Positions 55,066-64,000 of a DNA stretch of 64,000 bases are shown in pieces. Source of the DNA: Octopus vulgaris (taxonomy: Eukaryota); assembly GCA_951406725.2 (NCBI GenBank), contig OX597815.1:193688001-193752000 (forward strand), in the 5' to 3' direction. Made by a program: the position numbers and the translations under genes. The notes beneath the pieces were generated by a model. That model saw only the letters and a list, made by a program, of their open reading frames with translations. It was not told the origin of the DNA and did no database searches. Position 1 is the first letter of the stretch. Each line of letters opens with the position of its first letter.

Positions 55066-56930
55066 TACTCTCTTTATTCTTTTACTTGTTTCAGTCATTT
55101 GACTGCGGCCATGCTGGAGCACCGCCTTTAGTCGAGCAAATCGACCCCAGTACTTATTCTATCGGTCTCTTTTGCCGAACCGCTAAGTAACGGGGACGTA
55201 AACACACTAGCATCGGTTGTCAAGCAATGCTAGGGGGACAAACACAAACACACACACATGCACACACATACACACACATATATATATATATATATATACA
55301 TACGACAGGCTTCTTTCAGTTTCCGTCTACCAAATCCACTCACAAGGCATTGGTCGGCCCGGGGCTATAGCAGAAGACACTTGCCTAAGATGCCACGCAG
55401 TGGGACTGAACCCGGAACCATGTGGTTGGTTAGCAAGCTACTTACCACACAGCCACTCCTGCTTCCTTTATAAAATTAAGTTGATTAAGCCATAAAAAAA
55501 AATTTGAAAAACATCTGACCATTATATTTTCCACCAAAGGTCAACTATTCAAATGGGACCAACAGGAGGACACTTTCACATGCCCTTCATAGAACACTCC
55601 TTAAACCCACCTACCACCTCCTAACCCCACCCTCAATCAATTATCTTGCTTTTACTTTCTTTTACTCGTTTACTTGTTTCAGTCATTTGACTGTGGCCAT
55701 GCTGGAGCACCGCCTTTAGTCGAGGAAATCGACCCCCAGGACTTATTCTTTGTTAGCCTAGAACTTATTCTATCGGTCCCTTTTGTCGAACCGCTAAGTT
55801 ACGGGGACGTAAACACACCAGCATCGGTTGTCAAGCGATGTTGGGGCGGGGGACAAACACAGACACACAAACATGCACACACACGTACATATATATATAT
55901 ACATATATACGACGGGCTTCTTTCAGTTTCCGTCTACCAAATCCACTCACAAGGCTTTGGTCGGCCCGAGGCTATAGTAGAAGACACTTGCCCAAGGTGC
56001 CACTATTCACCATTTTCTTTCGGCTCTGGTTCATCAACAGCTCCTTCATTCTCACACTTATTATTAACAAGCCCCAGCACTACCCCAGACATACCCAAAT
56101 CTCTTATATATAGAATCGCACAACACAACCTAAAGATCAATTTGACAAAGGCCACCAACGAATGCGAGAAAGTTCTCCAGAAAAGTTAACAAGGAACTTT
56201 TAAAAAACTCTTCTCTCCAAAGTTAACAAAGTACTTACTAGATCACACAAATATACATATACATATACATAGGCGCAGGAGTGGCTGTGTAGTAAGTAGC
56301 TTGCTTACCAACCACATGGTTTCGGGTTCAGTTCCACTGCGTGGCACCTTGGGCAAGTATCTTCAACTATAGCCTCAGGTCAGTCAAAGCCTTGTGAGTG
56401 GATTTGGTAGACGGAAACTGAAAGAAGCCTGTCGTATATATGTATATATATATATATATGTGTGTGTGTGTTTGTGTGTCTGTGTTTGTCCCCCTAGCAT
56501 TGATTGACAACCGATGCTGGTGTGTTTATGTCCCCGTCACTTAGCGGTTCGGCAAAAGAGACCGATAGAATAAGTCCCGGGGTCGATTTGCTCGACTAAA
56601 GGCGGTGCTCCAGCATGGCCGCAGTCAAATGACTGAAACAAGTAAAAGAGTAAAAGAGTAAAAGATATATATGCGACGGGATTCTTTCAGTTTCCGTCTA
56701 CCAAATCCACTCACAAGGCTTTGGTCGGCCCGAAGCTACTGCAGAAGACACTCGCCCAAGGTACCACGCAGTGGCTGTGTGGTAAGGCATTTGCTTCCCA
56801 ACCGCATGGTTCCGGGTTCAGTTCCGCTATGCGGCGCTTTGGGCAAGTTTCTTCTGCTATAGCTTCGGGCCGACCAAAACCTTGTGAGGGGATTTGGTAG
56901 GCGGAAACTGAAAGAAGCTCGTCGTATGTA
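55066..56930. mobile_element. Cluster of SINE family A copies in both orientations
   Basis: 55066-55461 (-), 55650-56002 (-), 56270-56665 (+) and a head-to-head pair at 56673-56930. Confidence 0.82.
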
Positions 56931-56934
56931 TATA

Positions 56935-58170
56935 GTCGATTCTCTTGCCTAACAGTATCTGTGACTATTGAGCATATGCGCCTTGCCATAATAAATGGTG
57001 TGTTCCATTTTGTATGGAAAGGCTGGTAAGAACTAAAATCTAAATATTGCTGTGTATCTATGTTCTTGTAGTAAAGGTCAGTTGTAACTGTCACGTTTGT
57101 TTGTTTTTTTTTTTAATCAGAATATCCAGAAAGAGTAGTTCTTTTCATTCGTATCCATAATTAATTGGATTGAGACACGAATGCTATTCATTAATTTCAG
57201 AAATTTTGTAAGTTCCTCCTTACTTCGGTTCCAAAATATGAAGGGTCATCTAGGAATCCTTTCCAGTTTCCTATACGATAGGTTTGGAAGTGGTGATCAA
57301 AAGTGGTTCTGGACTGGGTGTAGAATTTTTCTTCGAGGTATCCTATTACTGGTGTGGTAAATGTTAGTGCGAATCCCGCCCCATCGCAGTGCCTTGTATT
57401 CGTAAACCTTCAAGTATGAATTCTTAAAAGAATCACTCCTGGATTCTTTGAGTGTCTGTTTATCCGGAATTCTACTGCTTCTAGTGCAGATATATATGGG
57501 GGATATTTGTGTAGAGACTAGTTACGTCAAAGGTAACTAGTATTATCTCTTTATCTTTCCGTTCTGGGATATGGTTTAAGAAGTCTGTGTCATCTCTGTT
57601 GAAACTGGGAAGTAATCTGCATAAAGGTTTTAAAATTATGTCAAGCAAGTTACGTAATCTTTGGGTGCTGGATGCTGGTCCTACAACAATCGGGCGCAAT
57701 TTGAGATCAGTTGGTGTGGGAATATTTTTATATATAGAGTATGGAGCCCTTTTAAGCTGTTGTTGATCTGTTAGAGTTTATGGATTTTGGAAAGTCCACA
57801 AAAGATACTCGTTTTCACTTCAGAATTAGTGAGATAATCCAACTCCTTTTTTGTTAAATCAGCCTTGGGTTTGTTGGCAAATTTACCAGGTTTGTTCATA
57901 GCTTGTTTATCAGTATTGTTATCTAATTTTCTGTAGAATTACTGGTCATTAAGTTGTTCTAAGAGCATTTCCCTGTAATGGGTCTTATCCATTATTACAA
58001 TGTTTCCTTCTTTGTCTGCTTCTTTAATAACTATAGAGGAGTCGTCTTGTAGACATTGTAATGCTTTTTGTTTCTCATTTGTAATATTTTGTTTTACAGA
58101 GTTTGCAGAAATGTTTGCGTTAACAGACTTTTTCAGGCATATTATATATTCCTCCAGGTGTTTGTTTTTA
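56935..58170 (-). mobile_element. Penelope-like RT remnant
   Basis: IKEADKEGNIV.MD, GLPKIHK, LRPIV, FDVTSLYTNIPH and TDLYYK..DTQQYL.F.S motifs in broken frames. Confidence 0.85.
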
Positions 58171-58229
58171 TTTATAAATACAAAAAGTAGAGGACATTTA
58201 TGAAGAATAGTAATTCATATAATTAATTA

Positions 58230-58765
58230 AAAACAAATGAGATGAAAGAATTGGAATGTGTGCAGAGTTTTCGGGGGCGGGAGTGTAAGGAATTGGCGTG
58301 GGCCAAGCGCACAGACCCAAAAGGCTCCTTCAGTATAGCAATGGCCACTTTTGGCAGTGCTGACATGTGTGATATCGTTGGTTTTTTTCGCCCAAGATTT
58401 ACTCAAAAAAAAGTTCCACTCCATAAGCTCTGGCTTCTTCGGGGATGACGTGCAGTAAATATCGAGACGGGCAAACTTCCATACACTCGATAGGCTTAGA
58501 AAGGTCTTCACCGGCACCATTGAATGCCCTTGAATTTAAAGTCACGAAAACGGTGGATTTCCTTGATGTGACCTTCGATTTGGAGTCTGGTGCTTATAGA
58601 CCCTTTAGGAAGCCGAATTTGAGGCTATCATATGTTGAGTCAGTTTCCTGTCATCCAGCCATACCATTCAGAAAGAGCGTCAGCAGAAAAATCTCCAAAC
58701 TATCGTCAAGCAAAGAGTCTTTTAACGACGACGCCCCACATTATAATGAGACCCCTGGGTCATGA
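58230..58765 (+). mobile_element. Penelope-like RT remnant (second clade)
   Basis: F..AM..F..A.MCDIVG, GDD and VDFLDVTFDL....YRPFRKPN...YV..S.HP. Confidence 0.75.
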
Positions 58766-59131
58766 ATAACCATGGAATTGCACCTAGAAAGTTCCCCTCC
58801 GAGGCATAAGTTCGGGCAAGGTTGCTTATGGAAGATCAGCAGTCGCCCACGCATACCAGCCTCCCCTCTTCGCGCCACTGATGTTATCCAAGGGAAACGG
58901 AAAGGCCGATACAGCTTGACTCCAGTGATGTCTCAACTCATATCTGCAGCTCAGTGAACTGGAAAAACATGAAATAAAAGTGTCTTGTTAAAAAAAAATT
59001 ACATAGCCTGGTCCAGGAATCGAACTTACTACCTCATGAGTGTGAGCCCGTTGCTCTACTTCTATTAATATAACCACTCTATTAACAAATATACAAGCGC
59101 ATATTTTTTCTGACTTATGAATTCATAGACG

Positions 59132-59168
<37 letters not shown>

Positions 59169-59389
59169 GCATAGTGTGTGTGTGAGTGGGTGAGAGAGAG
59201 AGAGTTTTTCTGTTTTTGCTCCATCACCACTTGACAACAGGTGTTACATACCCGTAACTCAACGCTCCATCAAAAGAGACCGATAGCATAAGGCTTTAAA
59301 GAAAAGAGGTACTAGGGTCGATTCGTTCGACTAAAATCCTTCAAGGTGATGCCCCAGCCTGGCCATAGTAAAAGATGAAAGATATGGGA

Positions 59390-59775
59390 ATGGAAGCACT
59401 CCGTCGGTTACGACGACGAGGGTTCCGGTTGATCCGAATCAACGGAACAGCCTGCTCGTGAAATTAACGTGTAAGTGGCTGAGCACTCCACAGACACGTG
59501 TACCCTTAACGTAGTTCTCGGGGATATTCAGCATGACACAGAGAGTGACAAGGCCGGCCCTTTGAAATACGGGTACAACAGTAACAGGAAGTAAGAGTGA
59601 GAGAAAGTTGTGGTGAAAGAGTACAGCAGGGATCACCACCATCCCCTGCCGGAGCCTCGTGGAGCTTTTAGGTGTTTTCGCTCAATAAACACTCACAACG
59701 CCCGGTCTGGGAATCGAAACCGCGATCCTATGACCGCGAGTCCGCTGCCCTAACCACTGGGCCATTGCGCCTCCG
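59390..59775 (-). mobile_element. tRNA-derived SINE (family D-like head)
   Basis: Head similar to 49440-49610; ends about 45 bp upstream of the exon acceptor. Confidence 0.75.
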
Positions 59776-59822
59776 CGATGAAAGATATAATATTCTCTCG
59801 ACTAATCAAATTTATTTTACAG

Positions 59823-60229
59823 GCGGCGTAGGAATGACGGAGATACCTCTTCATAGTCCACCGGACTATACGAAAAGCATTGCACCATCCGCCCCCGAAT
59901 ATACTGCAACTGAACATCAGGGAACTGAGACTCCGCAAGTTGAGCTACCCCAGATTGGGGTTCTTCGGGTACCTCAATATACACAGGCTCCTGGGCATCG
60001 ACCACCAATAAGCAATCCCCTACCAGCTGGATATCCCCCACCAACTACACATCAAGCACCATTTACACATCTTTCACCTCCTGGGTACACCCCATACTAT
60101 CCTGTGCAACAACAGCCATATGTACAGACCTATGCACAACAACAACAACAACAGCCATATGTACAAACCCATGTACAACAACAACAACAGCCCCAGCAAC
60201 AGCAACAGCAACAGCAACAAAGTGTGATC
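59823..60229 (+). CDS. CD225/dispanin paralogue D, Pro/Gln-rich N-terminal exon
   Basis: tttattttacAG acceptor and GTAAGT donor; 407 nt, phase 1 to 0 like 10748-10995; ..MTEIPLHSPPDY..GYPPP..PPGY..YPVQQQP..QQQQSVI ends like gene A (YPVQHQP..QQQQAVI). Downstream exons presumably lie beyond the window, so the family call is by paralogy. Confidence 0.75.
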
Positions 60230-60243
60230 GTAAGTACATTTTA

Positions 60244-60298
<55 letters not shown>

Positions 60299-60772
60299 CA
60301 TCATCATCATTTACAACCTATTATTATTTATTATAAGGCGACGAGCTGGCAGAAACGTTTGCCTTTCATCCTTTCGGGGTCGATTAAATAAGTACCAGTT
60401 ACACACTGGGGTCGATATAATCGACTTAATCCGTTTGTCTGTCCTTGTTTGTCCTCTCTGTGTTTAGCCCCTTGTAGGTAGTAAAGAAATAGGTATTTCG
60501 TCTGCCGCTACGTTCTGAGTTCAAGTTCCGCCGAGGTCGACTTTGCCTTTCATCCTTTCGGGGTCGGTTAAATAAGTACCAGTTACACACTGGGGTCGAT
60601 ATAATCGACTTAATCCGTTTGTCTGTCCTTGTTTGTCCTCTCTGTGTTTAGCCCCTTGTAGGTAGTAAAGAAATAGGTATTTCGTCTGCCGCTACGTTCT
60701 GAGTTCAAATTCCTGTGTGTGCCTTGTGCCTATAGTAAACAGGATTATTATTATTGTTGTTGTTGCTGTTGC

Positions 60773-60821
<49 letters not shown>

Positions 60822-61245
60822 ATCATCATCATCATTATTATAAGGCGCGAACTGGCAGAATCGTTAGCACGCTCGGCAAAATGCTTAGCGGTATTTCGTC
60901 TGCGTTACGTTGTGAGTTCAAATTCCGCCGAGGTCGACTTTGCCTTTCATCCTTTCGGGGTCGATAAATTAAGTACCAGTTACGCACTGGGGTCGATGTA
61001 ATCGATTTAATACCTATGTCTGTCCTTGTTTGTCCCCTCTGTGTTTAGCCCCTTGTGGGTAATAAAGAAATAGGTATTTCGTCTCTTACGTTTTAAGTTC
61101 AAATTCCGTCTATCAACTTTATCTTTCATCCATTTCGGGGTCGATGAAATAAATACCAGTTAGTACTGGGATCGATATAATCGACTAGCTCTCTCCCCCA
61201 AATCTGAAGCCTTGTACCTTCAGTAGAAAGGACTATTATTATTAA

Positions 61246-61298
<53 letters not shown>

Positions 61299-61299
61299 T

Positions 61300-61873
61300 A
61301 AAACTCACAGCTTATTTTGCTGGGTATGATGGAAAGAGTCAGCTGTCCACAGCCAGCAGACTAAGGTGACACTTGTTTACTGGTCATGCTTCTAAAACCC
61401 TGCGAAGAATTCTTGCAGTTCCAAGCAATGCTGATTTTTGTAGATGTTCTACCTTCACACTTGCACCAATCTTTTTCAGCCATGTTGGTAGCTGAGCGCT
61501 GAGACTCCCAAGTGCACCAATTACTATTGGTATCATGTCTACTCTCTTCATCGATCACAACCTTCGTTTTTCTCACTTTAAATCGCCATAGTTTATTTTT
61601 TCTTCTTCTTTCACATTGATCCTGTTGTCACTGGGGAATGCTATGTCGATTATCGAACATGTTCTTTCTTTTTTATTCACCACAACAATGTCCGGTTTCC
61701 GATGTCTGCTCAGATATTGGCACTGGATCATTGCAACCCACAGGATTTTGCAATTCTCGTTTTCGGGGACTCCTTCTGAGGTTTGCTGATACCACGTCTT
61801 TGCTCTTTATAGGCCGTGATTTCCACAGAGTTGCTCTTTGTAGGCCGTGTATTACTATTATTATTATTATTAC

Positions 61874-61922
<49 letters not shown>

Positions 61923-62830
61923 ATCATCATCATCATCATTATTATTATTATTATAATCATCATCATCATCATTATTATTATTATCATGCAGTAGTTTTAT
62001 CATGTGCTTTCATTGCACTACCGAACGCAGCTCTGTGTGCCTTGAGTACGTGCTGTGGTTTGTTGTGATGCTCTTATTTTTACTGTATTGAAAGTGTTTT
62101 ACGCAGGATGTGCGCGGTGCCTAGTAGTGCTGTTTTCTGTATGTTATATATACTTGTTAGTCCTGGTGTTTTTCTTATGTATTTATCTGAATATTTTTTT
62201 ATCATCCATAATGCGCCTACTATGATAGGAATTGTTTCTGTTTTTTGACTCCACATTCGTGTTACCTCTATATCCAGATCTTTGTATATTGAAAGTTTCT
62301 CCGTTTCTTTTACACAAACATTGTCATCTACTGGTATTGATACATCGATTAGAAAGCATTTTTTTCCTTGGTGATCTCTGACAACTATATCTGGCCTATA
62401 GACCTTAATTTTTCTTTGTGTATTGGCATATCCTAGAGTATGGTTCCTTTCTCATTGTCTGTGACCTTTTCTGGCGTGTGCCTACACCATCTTTCTTCTG
62501 TTGTTATTCCATAATGTTGGCATAGATTCCAGTGTATATAGGTCCTAACTCTATCGTGTCTGTGAATATATTCCTTCTAAGCCAGGACTGGGCAGCCAAA
62601 GACAATATGATTTGTCCGTCTCCACATATTCTGCAGTTACTTGCAATGTTTCCTTTCGTTATATGTCTTTTGGCAATTTCTGGTGGGGAGGCTTTGGTCT
62701 TGTGCTGCAATTGAAAATCCTTCAGGCACTGCTTAGAGTTCTGAGCTTCTCAACCATTGTTGGAATTTTGCTTTGTATATTTCTTTTCTATTTAGTTTAA
62801 CCCAGTATTTGCCATGAAGGGTTTTTTCTT
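61300..62830 (-). mobile_element. R4/Dong-like LINE 3' fragments within (TAA)n arrays
   Basis: CRICG, RPDIVVRD..CFLIDVSIP, KYKDLDIEVTRMW and IPIIVGAL in broken frames (61985-62830); a second family 3' end at 61303-61680, similar to 22405-22542. Confidence 0.8.
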
Positions 62831-62858
62831 GTCATCGTTTTATCATGATCCGTTGTTA

Positions 62859-62919
<61 letters not shown>

Positions 62920-63046
62920 CATTATTATTATTATTATTATCATTATTATTATCATTACTATTATTATTATTATCATTATTATTATTATTATCATTATTAT
63001 TATTATATCATTATTATTATTATTATCATTATTATTATTATTATTA

Positions 63047-63107
<61 letters not shown>

Positions 63108-63114
63108 TATTATA

Positions 63115-63164
<50 letters not shown>

Positions 63165-63201
63165 CATCATCATTATTATTATTATTATTATTACTATTAT
63201 T

Positions 63202-63272
<71 letters not shown>

Positions 63273-63274
63273 TA

Positions 63275-63363
<89 letters not shown>

Positions 63364-63612
63364 GTTTTCCTCTTTATTTTCCCTAAATAGAAATCTGACA
63401 TTTAAATTCCGTGCAATTATTGGGTTGTGATTCTGCTGGGAAATTACTACCGAGAATTTTCAATCGATCTTATCTTTATATCTATTATATGTATTTCGGT
63501 TTCGTGAACACTTTATCAATATCTGGTTATCTAATATTTAATTCATTTTTGTGAGTTAGCGCTTTAGAGCGATGTACAATTATAGGTCTCCATGTGTGTG
63601 TGTGTGTATGCG

Positions 63613-63746
<134 letters not shown>

Positions 63747-64000
63747 TTGTCAAATGCATCGGTCAAGGAACTTATTCGTTTTAATCCTGGTAGTTATTCA
63801 ATCGTCCCTTTTGCCGAACCGCTAATTTACAGGGACATAAACATGTCGAGCGGTTGCGGGGGGGCCGGCTTGAAAAATTGTTAAGATATTGAGATATTTT
63901 TTTCAAACATGAAACCAATGGTAGCCTTAATACACAAATAAAGAAATTTTATCCACCAATGCGGTATTGAGCAGTCCTTCTCCTTGTTCGACATTTACGT

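Noticed and set aside
60335-61230. Regularly repeated units resembling a CRISPR or other array
   Set aside because: Tandem and nested SINE family B copies in eukaryotic DNA; no unique spacers.

Overview
AT-rich, microsatellite-saturated eukaryotic DNA. The tRNA-derived SINE set, (TA)n/(TAA)n tracts and LINE types look like an Octopus genome (inference from repeat sequence only). Most ORFs in the track are microsatellite artefacts. The host-gene content, largely hidden by splicing, is a cluster of CD225/dispanin (IFITM/PRRT-like) genes. Gene A on + is near complete (exons 10748-10995, 16433-16543, 18783-18989; start exon not found). Two inverted duplicates of its middle exon lie on - (29224-29331 intact, 38437-38543 frameshifted), along with an inverted 3'UTR homologue (about 36222-36708). 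The Pro/Gln-rich exon of another paralogue lies on + (59823-60229). The rest is transposable elements: an apparently intact hAT transposon (42192-45986), near-identical CR1 LINEs in (TA)n, R4/Dong-like, RTE, L1/Tx1-like, mariner and Penelope-like remnants, non-autonomous Helitrons, a TTAGGG-bearing MITE and many SINEs. Several repeats carry minimal hammerhead-ribozyme motifs, including a tRNA-headed element with an inverted partial copy (about 9200-10030), and there are four long fold-back inverted repeats. All alignments were made by eye and repeat boundaries are approximate.
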